A DNA stretch of 55,480 nucleotides from the NCBI GenBank assembly GCA_045540855.1, contig JAZQHZ010000293.1:1-55480 (forward strand), given 5' to 3'. Under the pieces are notes generated by a model that did not search any database, was not told the origin of the DNA, and worked only from the letters and a program-made list of their open reading frames with translations. A program made the translations under genes and the position numbers. This document shows positions 37,805 through 47,641 of this stretch, piece by piece; the first letter of the stretch is position 1, and the number at the start of each line of letters is the position of its first letter. The DNA is from Clostridia bacterium. Its GTDB lineage: Bacteria; Bacillota; Clostridia; UBA1381.

Positions 37805-40800
37805 TTATTCCTCCATAGTATCCAATAGCTTTTTTACGTATTCATCGTGGAAATCTATGCCAAGATATTTTTGTAATCTTTCTTTTGTTGCAGTTGTATC
37901 AATATTATTTTTATTCAAAATATTGTCAACCTCTTCAATAAGCTTATTCCATAAAATATCCGCTACATATTCATTAGGCATATATATAATATTTTCTGCA
38001 ATTTTATCAACAGCCAATTTGTCAAACATAAGGCTCTTATCCGTATATATACCCTTTTTTAGTGTATTGGATAAGCCTTCTATTTCACTGTTGAGCTTAT
38101 AGATAGACTCTTTGTCACCCACAATTCGGGCAGGCATTACCGTAAGGGTATTGTTACCTGACGTTATTGTAGTATAACCACTGCCGTATTCTGACTGAGT
38201 GTATTTTGAATCAAAAAGCTTCCACGTTGAATAATCCTCTTTTACTCCATTCAAGCTGTCCTCATGAGTATCGTATACCGAGCTTAGCACATCACCCTTA
38301 TATGTAGTATAGGTAAGTGTTCCGTTCTTATCTGCCGAATACTCAATCTTTGTCTGCTTCATCGTCGACTTGAACTCATCAAAGCTCATATTGGTTTCGC
38401 CCTTTGATGCTATCTGCATAACAAATCCCGTATGAGTTCCATCCATACATATTTCATTCTCCGATAAAAGGATGTTGGAGCCCGTATGCTTAACCGCATC
38501 GCCCCAGCGATATGCTAATGTGTTATGCGATGAAGCATTTAACGGCTTTATTGCCGTATATATTTCGCCCGAAAGCAGGAATATCCAGCCATCCTCTTCA
38601 TCCACACGCTCAAACTGTGACTTTGGTATGTATCCGTGAGAATACGGAAGCTGAGCAATATCATCTATATGATAAAGTCCGATTATCGTATTTTCGTGCT
38701 GCATATAGTCAAATGCCGGATAATTATAGAAGCCACTGAAATAGTGATGCTTTGACTTGGTATCTGACGGTCCTAACGGGCCCGGCTGTCCAAAGGTAAT
38801 AAACCTCTTATCGTTACCCTCAATTGTAGCAGTCATCGAGATTTCCTGGTGTCCGCCTGCCACCCATATTCCCTTTGAATTATAGAACTTATCGCCCTTA
38901 TATGTTACATCATGGAACGGGTTATTATAATTTACAATACAACCCAACGCATAGCCGTCACCGAAATATGTATATTTGCAAAGCTCATCCATATCCTCGT
39001 CATCCGGCAAATGATGTGTCTTTCTTCTTTCCTTGTTTACAAGTCCGGTCTTATCAGCATTTGCAATTTCGTATACTACATCGTCAAGCTCTGCCGTAAG
39101 GAATGAATAAACTGCCGGCTGTACGCCGTATGAGCCTACATTCTCTGTCCACTTTGTATCCTCGGTTTCAAATCTCTGTGCAAGGTGGAACAGCTTTGCA
39201 AGTACATCCGTATTGAAGTATGTTCTTCCGTGAGCACCCGTCAGACGGTCACCCATTGCATCAATTGATGAGTCTGTATACAACCAGTTAAGAAAATCCG
39301 TACAAAGTCTTCTCATACTTTCGTCCTTTGTATAATTGCATACAGTTTCAAGTGCAATCAAATCAATGCCGATATATGTAGAGTCATACTCGGTCATACC
39401 GTATTTATAACGGAAATTCATCCAGTTAATAATATATTGCTTATATTCCTCAGCCGTTTCACGTCCTGTTTTACCACCATACATTATTTTATCCGGGAAC
39501 ATTTCACCTATGAGATATGCATCCGTTAAATTCACAATACGGTGGTTTTCACTTATCATTGTTTTGTCCGAGCCATAATATTCACCCAGGAGCAGCTCGT
39601 CAACATTTTCCCACGCTTCATCGCTTGCATTAAGGAAGTCCTTAAGCTCATTTCTCACTACCAAAAGAATATTAACTATAAAGTCCACATTACTTGATAC
39701 TCCTGCTGTTGAGCTTTCCTGCTTACCAAGTGCAACCAGCCAGTTAAGCTCAGTATCATATGAGCGTCTTTTGGGCTGAAGTGCCAGAAGTGAAGTTACA
39801 TATGTTGCATAGGCTAACTGCGAAACATTAAGCACGCCAAGAGTTGATGCATTTCTCAATATTTTATAGCAGAAATTCTTATTACGTATATCCTGAGTAG
39901 CTTTTAAATACTGAGCTCTGTTTTCATATTTCTTTATCGGAACAATTTCTGCTTCACAGTATTTACCGTTATATTTAATTCCAAGCTTTACATTTTCCGT
40001 AGTGTTTTCATCAATTCTTAATGAGAAGCTTTCACTTACGATTTCCGCATTACCCGAAAGCACCTCATACTGTGCCTTTTGCGTCACATAGGTATATCTG
40101 CCCTGCGAATCAAGTGCCTTTACACCTATAAGTGAGGTTATCTGGCGATTTGAGAAAATGTCTGTTGTAACACCGCTGTTCACAGCTTCTATTGCCACGA
40201 TTTCACCAGGTGTATTGTCATCCATTCTCTCAACTACAATATCATCAAGATAAATTTCTGTATTTTCTGCATTAAATACAAAGCCGCCGCTTTCCTTCAC
40301 CGATACGACAAAGCATATTTCACTCTCACCGAGTCTGAAAATCTGCTCATCGCCATTCGTTTCAAGCTCAAAATCGTACCATACATTTTTCTCTGTATTT
40401 AACTCTTCACCGCTTTGTGTACCGATTCTGAGGTACTTATTTTCCTTATCCAGACAATACACTGCGGGCAATCCATATTGACCACCCGTCATTTCCGGAT
40501 CTGACGGAATCTGCTGACGGTAATAAACAGAAAAGCTTGTGTTATATCTGTTGTCCTCTATTCTATCGTTTAAGATTTTTACTCTGCCCTTGATTTTATA
40601 ATTTCTCCACGATAAATCACCATAGAACGGTGAAAACTCGTCTCTGAGCTTATAGACCTTATTTCCGTCAACATCTGTAACAATATCTTCTGCAGGAACC
40701 GTGAAAAATTCACTGTACCAATTATCCTCGAAGTTTTCGTTTATAACAGTTCCCGAAAGTCTTTGCTCAACATTTAATGTTGTTTCTATTTTTACACTGT

Positions 40801-42325
40801 CAAATTCAGCAAAGAGCTTTCTCTCGCCCGTTTTTTCTGCCGTTACGACTTCTCCTGAAGAAACAAGTCCGTCCTGAAGAGAAAGAATATATCTGTCCGG
40901 CATTACACGCTCTGTATTGCCATTCAAGGTAGCCCACACGGAAAATGCCGTACTTGCTTCAACCGGTATGCTTGCATTTTCAAGCATTATCTGTGCCGCT
41001 GAATACGGACTTACATAGACCGGCACACTCTTTGTGATTCCGTTATATGTTACAGTAAGATTGTGGTTTCCCGGCACGTTTGTCACAACTGCCATTCCGT
41101 CATAGCTTCCGGCATCTGTTTTGGTATCAATGTTTCGGATAACCCTGTATTCGTCACCCTCATACATTCCCTTTAAGTAAAATTCAATCTTTTCACCCAG
41201 GAAAACATTCGGTCTGTCAACTACAATTTCATAATCTGAAAAAGCATATTCCTTTTGAGCATTTATTGTATATGAAGCTGTCTCTCCTCCGTAAGTGGCC
41301 TTCACTTCAAATTTGCCTGCTTCCTTTGCAACTACCTTACCCTCGGAAATATCAAGCTTTTCAGCATCATATTCCCAGCTGAGCATATTAAACGGAATCA
41401 CTTCGCCACGCTCCGTCTGAGCATAGATATCATAGGTATCGCCCACAAGCATTACCTTTGCCGAGGTCTTGATTTCAGCTTTATTTAAAACACTTATCTC
41501 ACGTACTGAAATATTATCGTACCATACAGTAGTTCCGTGTGCTCCAAGCTGAACATTTCCTTTTTCGATTCGTGCCATAGGCGATCCGCCGCCCGCAATT
41601 GTGTCAACCATATCGGTTGACTGCTCCACACGTGACAGCAATTCACCCTCAGAGGTATACATCTCAACTCTTATAAATGTGTCAGACATATACATCTTCA
41701 TATGTACATAATCCGAAAATGATCTTGATGACACATCAAGTGCGCCGGTTGTATCGCCCATTGCAGTCCAGAACCAGCTGCTTCCGATGTTGAAGCTACC
41801 TCTTGAACGTGCAATTAAAAGCTTGTCACGTGTAGCGGTTTTACTGTTATACGTCTTTGTTTCCCAGTTATAGTTATTTATCTCTGTATAGAGCATATTA
41901 TATGCCGGAGATGAGTTCGAAGTTTTTCTTCCACTGATAAAAAGTCCGCCGTTAGAGCCTGCACTACATCCTGAAAGCATAACATCAGCCTCAACAAGGA
42001 AATTCTTCAATTCAGGTCCGAAATTCTTTGTTGCAATATTCTTGTTTATTGCATTTATATATAATGCATTTGAGCCTTTTGAATCTTTTCTGATGCTGAA
42101 TTCGTTTGAAGGTAAATAAGCTTCATTAATTTTCTCACCTTCAAAGTCTTCAAAAAATAACTCATCACCCTCTAAAATCAGGTAATTTGAGAAATCTCCA
42201 TCATTCACAGCCGTTGCTGTATCTCTCTCGACAAACACATCATCATCCATTTCGTCTGCCATTACGTGCGGTATACACGCCGCAAGCATTGACATAGTTA
42301 TAAATAACGATATTATTCTTTTCAT
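37805..42325 (-). CDS. Secreted 1506-aa enzyme candidate: FGPE/SRDR-type LamG-like module, Ig-like modules, second beta-sandwich, then an uncharacterised alpha/alpha plus beta-sandwich lyase/hydrolase-like catalytic region ('family X'), and a helical C-terminal tail
   Basis: ORF track. Signal peptide MKRIISLFITMSMLAACIPHVMA. Family-X motifs: MISENHRIVNLTDAYLIGEMFPD, FRYKYGMTEYDSTYIGIDLIALETV, TGAHGRTYFN, WVAGGHQEISMTATIEG, HENTIIGLYHIDD. Confidence 0.75.
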   Translation of the reverse strand: MKRIISLFITMSMLAACIPHVMADEMDDDVFVERDTATAVNDGDFSNYLILEGDELFFEDFEGEKINEAYLPSNEFSIRKDSKGSNALYINAINKNIATKNFGPELKNFLVEADVMLSGCSAGSNGGLFISGRKTSNSSPAYNMLYTEINNYNWETKTYNSKTATRDKLLIARSRGSFNIGSSWFWTAMGDTTGALDVSSRSFSDYVHMKMYMSDTFIRVEMYTSEGELLSRVEQSTDMVDTIAGGGSPMARIEKGNVQLGAHGTTVWYDNISVREISVLNKAEIKTSAKVMLVGDTYDIYAQTERGEVIPFNMLSWEYDAEKLDISEGKVVAKEAGKFEVKATYGGETASYTINAQKEYAFSDYEIVVDRPNVFLGEKIEFYLKGMYEGDEYRVIRNIDTKTDAGSYDGMAVVTNVPGNHNLTVTYNGITKSVPVYVSPYSAAQIMLENASIPVEASTAFSVWATLNGNTERVMPDRYILSLQDGLVSSGEVVTAEKTGERKLFAEFDSVKIETTLNVEQRLSGTVINENFEDNWYSEFFTVPAEDIVTDVDGNKVYKLRDEFSPFYGDLSWRNYKIKGRVKILNDRIEDNRYNTSFSVYYRQQIPSDPEMTGGQYGLPAVYCLDKENKYLRIGTQSGEELNTEKNVWYDFELETNGDEQIFRLGESEICFVVSVKESGGFVFNAENTEIYLDDIVVERMDDNTPGEIVAIEAVNSGVTTDIFSNRQITSLIGVKALDSQGRYTYVTQKAQYEVLSGNAEIVSESFSLRIDENTTENVKLGIKYNGKYCEAEIVPIKKYENRAQYLKATQDIRNKNFCYKILRNASTLGVLNVSQLAYATYVTSLLALQPKRRSYDTELNWLVALGKQESSTAGVSSNVDFIVNILLVVRNELKDFLNASDEAWENVDELLLGEYYGSDKTMISENHRIVNLTDAYLIGEMFPDKIMYGGKTGRETAEEYKQYIINWMNFRYKYGMTEYDSTYIGIDLIALETVCNYTKDESMRRLCTDFLNWLYTDSSIDAMGDRLTGAHGRTYFNTDVLAKLFHLAQRFETEDTKWTENVGSYGVQPAVYSFLTAELDDVVYEIANADKTGLVNKERRKTHHLPDDEDMDELCKYTYFGDGYALGCIVNYNNPFHDVTYKGDKFYNSKGIWVAGGHQEISMTATIEGNDKRFITFGQPGPLGPSDTKSKHHYFSGFYNYPAFDYMQHENTIIGLYHIDDIAQLPYSHGYIPKSQFERVDEEDGWIFLLSGEIYTAIKPLNASSHNTLAYRWGDAVKHTGSNILLSENEICMDGTHTGFVMQIASKGETNMSFDEFKSTMKQTKIEYSADKNGTLTYTTYKGDVLSSVYDTHEDSLNGVKEDYSTWKLFDSKYTQSEYGSGYTTITSGNNTLTVMPARIVGDKESIYKLNSEIEGLSNTLKKGIYTDKSLMFDKLAVDKIAENIIYMPNEYVADILWNKLIEEVDNILNKNNIDTTATKERLQKYLGIDFHDEYVKKLLDTMEE

Positions 42326-42339
42326 AGTCCACCCCTCTG

Positions 42340-44091
42340 TTAAATTCCGTAAACCTTTTTGCTTCCGTTGTATGTAAGCGTAATTTTTCCGCTGTCATAT
42401 TCGCTTTCAAGATATGGCGAATTGTATAATTTATATTCTGACTTATCAAACGGCTTGCCGTTTATATAAGTATTATCATCTTTAATTTCAAGATTTCGGT
42501 ATTTTGCTCCGTTTTCGCTAAGCTGTGGTAAATCATTGATTATTAATGCCGCTTCATACGAATTTTCACCGCTAAATACCTCAACGGCAAAGCAGCCACG
42601 TGATGAATCGACTATTATTTCACGGTTTGCATATGCACCCTCTGTATTTTTTGAATAGCTTCCGTTTATGCATATTCTGAGTGCCACATCTCCGATTGCT
42701 GCTACAATTGTGTTTTTACCGTATTCTACTTTTTCAAACTCAGCCTCCGGGAAATATATATGGATATATTGAAGCTGATTTTTATCCTTTATATCCCAAT
42801 AGCATAAAAGCAGATTTTTATCCTGCACAAATTTCTGACACAGGCAGTTGCAATCGCCTGCCCATACGCCGTGCATACCATAATCGTACATATCAGGATT
42901 TCCCGGATGCGACGAATATATCGACGCCTTCGGATTTTTACCGATTGTTAACGACCACGCTTGCTCCTGATGTCCGCAAAGCCATGTATATGCCACATTC
43001 TCATATGGATTATCTCTTCCGGCAACACAACCCATACAGTAGCCATCGCCCTTGTAGAAGTACTTATAAATCCTACCCTTTATATATAAATCATCGGGAA
43101 TTGTGTATAAACCCACACTGTCCTTAACTTCAAAATTGCTTTCTGTTTTACCTTCAACAATGGCCGCAACCTCCTCATCAAACATAAATGACGAGGTTGC
43201 CATATACATCATACCTGTTACCTGCGTACTGTCATTCACAAATTTTCCGGCAGGTGCTGCAAGGTTTATAATTGAATATACTCCTATTTCAGGATTTTCC
43301 ATAACGTTCGGATACACTCTGCCCTTAGGACCGCCCGCATAACCGTTTGCCGAATGAATAAACAGACTTGCCGACATTGTGTTCATCAAATCCGATGCCA
43401 GTTTTCTTAATTTATCATCCTGGGCAAAGTCATAAAGATTTATCAATGACATAAAATTTATCTCGTAATATGAAGTTGAGTCGTATTCGCTCCAGCCTCG
43501 CTTTAAATGTTTTTCAAGGAATTTATAAAGCGAATTTTTAATTATCGGAAGCCTTGTGTTTCCATCCAAACCGTCATAAAATACGCCGTCTCCGAAAAGC
43601 TGAGCTGCCACAAGCTCGCTTGACATAAAGCACAGCTTGTGATTCTCACTCATCGGCTCAAAATAAGGTGCATATTCCACCTCAAGCAAAGCCTTTCTGA
43701 CCTGCTCCCACTTTTCCTCACTTATATTCACCTTACCTCTGTAAAGTGCATAGAGTCTTACCATTGCACTTATTGAAAAGTCGTCTACTGCAATAAAGCG
43801 TGATTTTCCGCTTTCCTCCTCTGCCCTTTTCACGGTAAGTATTCTGTCAATATATTCATCATAATTTCTGTCAGGATTTACGCACATCTTGCTCATAATG
43901 TAGCCTGCTTCGTTATGTGCCATAACGCCCGCACCTGTTGTCTTTTTAATCAGCTGCGGCAATGCACGGAAACCCACTTCATTAAAATCAAGATTGTCAG
44001 GTATTTCCGGTAATTCATCCGCCACATACCCCGAACAAACCTTTATTGCATTTTCCTTTAATAAAGTCAAATCATAATCCAGTTTAATCAT
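42340..44091 (-). CDS. Signal-peptide-less (cytoplasmic) minimal member of family X (alpha/alpha plus beta-sandwich lyase/hydrolase-like)
   Basis: ORF track 583 aa. Starts MIKLDYDLTLLKENAIK. Motifs: MSENHKLCFMSSELVAAQLFGD, HLKRGWSEYDSTSYYEINFMSLINL, GGPKGRVYPN, WLCGHQEQAWSLTIGK, DKNLLLCYWDIKD. Confidence 0.75.
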   Translation of the reverse strand: MIKLDYDLTLLKENAIKVCSGYVADELPEIPDNLDFNEVGFRALPQLIKKTTGAGVMAHNEAGYIMSKMCVNPDRNYDEYIDRILTVKRAEEESGKSRFIAVDDFSISAMVRLYALYRGKVNISEEKWEQVRKALLEVEYAPYFEPMSENHKLCFMSSELVAAQLFGDGVFYDGLDGNTRLPIIKNSLYKFLEKHLKRGWSEYDSTSYYEINFMSLINLYDFAQDDKLRKLASDLMNTMSASLFIHSANGYAGGPKGRVYPNVMENPEIGVYSIINLAAPAGKFVNDSTQVTGMMYMATSSFMFDEEVAAIVEGKTESNFEVKDSVGLYTIPDDLYIKGRIYKYFYKGDGYCMGCVAGRDNPYENVAYTWLCGHQEQAWSLTIGKNPKASIYSSHPGNPDMYDYGMHGVWAGDCNCLCQKFVQDKNLLLCYWDIKDKNQLQYIHIYFPEAEFEKVEYGKNTIVAAIGDVALRICINGSYSKNTEGAYANREIIVDSSRGCFAVEVFSGENSYEAALIINDLPQLSENGAKYRNLEIKDDNTYINGKPFDKSEYKLYNSPYLESEYDSGKITLTYNGSKKVYGI

Positions 44092-44117
44092 TGCGTAAAA
44101 TCTCCTTTTTATAATTT

Positions 44118-44153
44118 GCGAGGGATGTAAGCCCTAAGGCTTACATCCTCCGC
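44118..44153 (-). promoter_or_regulatory. Strong intercistronic stem-loop between the SBP gene and the downstream enzyme genes (no T-run)
   Basis: gcgagggatgtaagcc-ctaa-ggcttacatcctccgc: an 11-bp perfect GC-containing stem with a tetraloop, plus a 3-bp extension beyond an internal mismatch. No U-tract follows on either strand. Confidence 0.6.
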
Positions 44154-44164
44154 TGTGTAAATTA

Positions 44165-45748
44165 TCATCTGAATGTCTTATACCATTCATTCGCTGCATC
44201 AATCATTTCCTGACCGCCGTTTGCAAGGAATTCCTCAACAAACTGGTCAAAATAATCAAGCGGCTTTTCACCTGTGATGATTTCTACATATACCTCTTCT
44301 CTCTGCTTATCCAGAAGCGAGCTATACTTTGTCATTTCTTCAAGGTCTACGATAAGAGCATTTTCAATCTTAGCATAATTGGTATTCTTATCTGCCCACT
44401 CATACTTCTTCTTTGTAAGCTCGTCTACATTCTCTGTTCTCCATTCAATAGGATATATTCCGCCGATTGAGAAAATATTTGCTGCACCGATCTTTGCACG
44501 CTCTGCTGATGATGAGAAGCCCTCACGTGAAATAATCGCTCCGCTTTCTGATCTGTCCCAGTGCTCTCCTTCAAATCCGTAAACAGAAATATTGTACAGC
44601 TCCGGAGTTGTATTTACTGTATTGATAATCTCTAAAATCTTATCAAGCTTTGCTTCATCTTTTTCAAGCTGCTTACCAAATACAATACCACCCATCTGGA
44701 GTGCTCCGCCTCCGAAGTTTCCGTAAACATCGCCATTACCCTTCGGCGGTTTACCGATAGCATAGGTAGCATCCTCGCCTGCAATGCTCTTAAAGTCACG
44801 GTAGAATGCACTTCCCTTATCCTCCGGACCCTGCGGCTCAATTACGTGGTAATACATACCGTTTGCAGTGTAGCCGATTCTTCCGTTCAGGAATGCCTGT
44901 GAGTTTGACCAGTGTCCGCCTGTATTCTCGCCTGTGAGGAATTCAGGGTCAATGATGCCATCAGCATACCACTTTGCAAGCATAGCAAGTGCTTCCTTCA
45001 TTTCCGGCTGAATACCCGAATAAACAAGCTCGCCGTCCTTTTCACGCCACATTGCATTTGTTGTGGTCATATCTCTCGGAAGGAATCCGAATGCACCGAA
45101 TATACTGTTAAATATACCTTTATCAGATAAACCGTATGTATCCTTTATACCATTGCCATCCGGGTCTTCATTTCGGAATTTATAGAATGCCTCTTCAAAT
45201 TCCTCAATAGTTTCAGGAATCTTGTTGATACCTACATTCTTTAACCAGTCATCACGCCATACTGATGCAATATGGAAACGATTGTTATAGTTATATAACG
45301 GAATTGCATAGTTTACACCGTCAACCTTTGAGAATTTCCACGACTCAGGATCATATCCGTCAACTGTTGCTGCAATTGCAGGTGCCTTTTCACGAATCTT
45401 TTCCTCGCTCACTTCAGCAAGTACGTTCTGATTTACATAGTTGTGGAATGCCTTTGAGCTTGTTGAAACGAACACGTCCGGAACCTCTCCTGTTGCAATT
45501 CTGATGTTTAAAAGCTCATCCCACTTACTTCTTTCAATGTACCATACATTGAGGTCTACATCAAACATTTCTTCAATGTACTGCTCAACAGGTGAATTCT
45601 CGTCCATCGGACCATCACAGTACATTAACCAGTCAATGGTCATTTTCTCGCCCTCAGCCGTCTTCTTTTCACCGCACGATGCAAGCATTGAGCATGACAT
45701 CACCGTTGCCATAAAAGCAGCCGTCAGTCTTAATAATTTCTTTTTCAT
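44165..45748 (-). CDS. ABC transporter extracellular solute-binding lipoprotein (family 1, LplA/YtcQ-like)
   Basis: ORF track 527 aa. Lipoprotein signal MKKKLLRLTAAFMATVMSCSMLASC (lipobox LASC). Adjacent to two permease genes. Confidence 0.8.
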   Translation of the reverse strand: MKKKLLRLTAAFMATVMSCSMLASCGEKKTAEGEKMTIDWLMYCDGPMDENSPVEQYIEEMFDVDLNVWYIERSKWDELLNIRIATGEVPDVFVSTSSKAFHNYVNQNVLAEVSEEKIREKAPAIAATVDGYDPESWKFSKVDGVNYAIPLYNYNNRFHIASVWRDDWLKNVGINKIPETIEEFEEAFYKFRNEDPDGNGIKDTYGLSDKGIFNSIFGAFGFLPRDMTTTNAMWREKDGELVYSGIQPEMKEALAMLAKWYADGIIDPEFLTGENTGGHWSNSQAFLNGRIGYTANGMYYHVIEPQGPEDKGSAFYRDFKSIAGEDATYAIGKPPKGNGDVYGNFGGGALQMGGIVFGKQLEKDEAKLDKILEIINTVNTTPELYNISVYGFEGEHWDRSESGAIISREGFSSSAERAKIGAANIFSIGGIYPIEWRTENVDELTKKKYEWADKNTNYAKIENALIVDLEEMTKYSSLLDKQREEVYVEIITGEKPLDYFDQFVEEFLANGGQEMIDAANEWYKTFR

Positions 45749-45777
45749 AGTTCTTTCCTTTCTCTGATTTTATATAT

Positions 45778-46653
45778 TTATCCTTTTAAAGATCCAACCA
45801 TAACGCCCTGAACAAAATATTTCTGCAGGAACGGATATACCAATATAATCGGTAAAATTGTAACAATAGTGGTTGCCGCCTTGATTGCTTCTGTTGTCGG
45901 CTCACTCATATTGCTTACTTCCATATTGACAAACTCGGATGAGCCGTCAAGAATGATTCTTCTGAGTATTACCTGGAGAACGTACTTGTCAGTATCTCTT
46001 ATATAGAGCAGACACGGGAACCACGAGTTCCAGTTTGCAACCGCTGTCCATAATGCCACTGTTGCAAGAATTGATTTTGATAACGGAAGAATGATTGTGA
46101 AAAGTATTCTCATATCTCCTGCACCGTCAATTCTTGCTGCCTCTTCAATTTCTTCGGGAAGTCCCATAAAGAAATTTCGGATAATAAGCATATTGAAGGT
46201 ATTAACAAGTGCCGGTAACACCAGTGCTGCGTGAGTATCCATCAATCCAAGATTTCTGATAAGGATATAGTTCGGAATCATTCCGCCTGCAAAGAACATT
46301 GTGAATACTATTATTCCTGTCCAGAATCCTCTGTGCACGAGGTATCTCTTTGATAAGGGATATGCCGCAAGTGCTGATACAACAAGTGTCATTATTGTTC
46401 CTGCTACCGTTATAAGAAACGAATTAGCAAAGCCTGTAAATATCGCCGAGGATTTAAGAACCTTCTGAAATGCTCCTAAATACAGCTCCTTCGGGAAAAG
46501 GTGTAAACCAAATTCGCTTGCTGTTTCCGGTGATGAAATCGAAAGTGTTATTACGTTCAAAAACGGAACAAGGGCTATAATTGCTACAATAAGCATATAT
46601 ACATATATTGCAGCGGTAAAAATCTTTTCTGATAAGCTTAATCTTGTATTCAT
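45778..46653 (-). CDS. ABC sugar transporter permease (LplC/YtcP-like)
   Basis: ORF track 291 aa. EAA loop: EEAARIDGAGDMRILFTIILP. Clear paralogue of 19727..20596 (both end in the near-identical YPF[VL]QKYFV[KQ]GVM[IV]G...KG). Confidence 0.85.
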   Translation of the reverse strand: MNTRLSLSEKIFTAAIYVYMLIVAIIALVPFLNVITLSISSPETASEFGLHLFPKELYLGAFQKVLKSSAIFTGFANSFLITVAGTIMTLVVSALAAYPLSKRYLVHRGFWTGIIVFTMFFAGGMIPNYILIRNLGLMDTHAALVLPALVNTFNMLIIRNFFMGLPEEIEEAARIDGAGDMRILFTIILPLSKSILATVALWTAVANWNSWFPCLLYIRDTDKYVLQVILRRIILDGSSEFVNMEVSNMSEPTTEAIKAATTIVTILPIILVYPFLQKYFVQGVMVGSLKG

Positions 46654-46671
46654 TTACACATTTCCTCCTTA

Positions 46672-47619
46672 TCACCAGATTCCGTAATCGCCGAACTTCT
46701 TTGCCGCTGTATTTGCCAGCAACACAAGTCCGAAGGATATTACATTTTTGAATATATCTACCGACGTAGCAAAGCTATATTTAAAGTCCACAAGTCCCAT
46801 TCGGTATACATAGGTTGATATTACGTCAGATACACTGTAAACCGATGAATTATACATATTGATAATCTGGTCAAAGTTATCGTTCAACAGCTTACCTATC
46901 GACATAATAAGCATTATCGACACAATTGGCATAATCGACGGAATTGTTATATAGAACATCTGCTTCATTCTTGATGCACCGTCAATCGACGCCGCCTCAT
47001 ACAGACCTGCATCAATACTTGTAAGTGCCGCAAGGTAAATAATTGAGTTCCAGCCCATTTCCTTCCATACCGATGTGAAAACAAGAATCCATCTGAACCA
47101 GCCCTTGTCTGCCATAAAGTGTATAGGCTCAAAGCCAAGCTTCATCAATATTACATTTACAACACCTCTCGATGGTGAAAGAAGCTCCATAAATATACCT
47201 GCAAGAACTACCCACGAAAGGAAGTGCGGCATATAGCTTACTGTCTGAATAACTCTCTTATAGCTGCTTATTCTTATCTCGTTAAGCAACAGCGCAAATA
47301 TTATAGGCATCGGAAAGCCTATCAAAAGCTGCATAAGACTTATCGTAAGTGTATTTCCCAGTACAGTCGCAAAGTCACGACTGCCTAAGAAGAGTTTGAA
47401 ATTTTCAAAGCCTACCCATTCACTGCCCATTATACCGTCTGCAAACTTAAAATCCTTGAATGCTATTAACAGACCGTACATCGGACCGTAATGGAATATT
47501 ATGTAATATATCAATGCCGGAAGAAGTGCCAGAAATAAATATCTCTGCTTATAATAAAGCGAAAGAGTATATTTTAATCCACTTTTCCTTTTAACTGCAT
47601 TAGATGTTTTTGCTCGCAT
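46672..47619 (-). CDS. ABC sugar transporter permease (LplB/YteP-like)
   Basis: The ORF track extends to a TTG at 47652, which would overlap the upstream gene. I prefer the ATG at 47619 (MRAKTSNAVKRK), preceded by AGAGGAGG. EAA loop: YEAASIDGASRMKQMFYITIP. Confidence 0.85.
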   Translation of the reverse strand: MRAKTSNAVKRKSGLKYTLSLYYKQRYLFLALLPALIYYIIFHYGPMYGLLIAFKDFKFADGIMGSEWVGFENFKLFLGSRDFATVLGNTLTISLMQLLIGFPMPIIFALLLNEIRISSYKRVIQTVSYMPHFLSWVVLAGIFMELLSPSRGVVNVILMKLGFEPIHFMADKGWFRWILVFTSVWKEMGWNSIIYLAALTSIDAGLYEAASIDGASRMKQMFYITIPSIMPIVSIMLIMSIGKLLNDNFDQIINMYNSSVYSVSDVISTYVYRMGLVDFKYSFATSVDIFKNVISFGLVLLANTAAKKFGDYGIW

Positions 47620-47641
47620 AGTTGCCTCCTCTAAGCTTATT

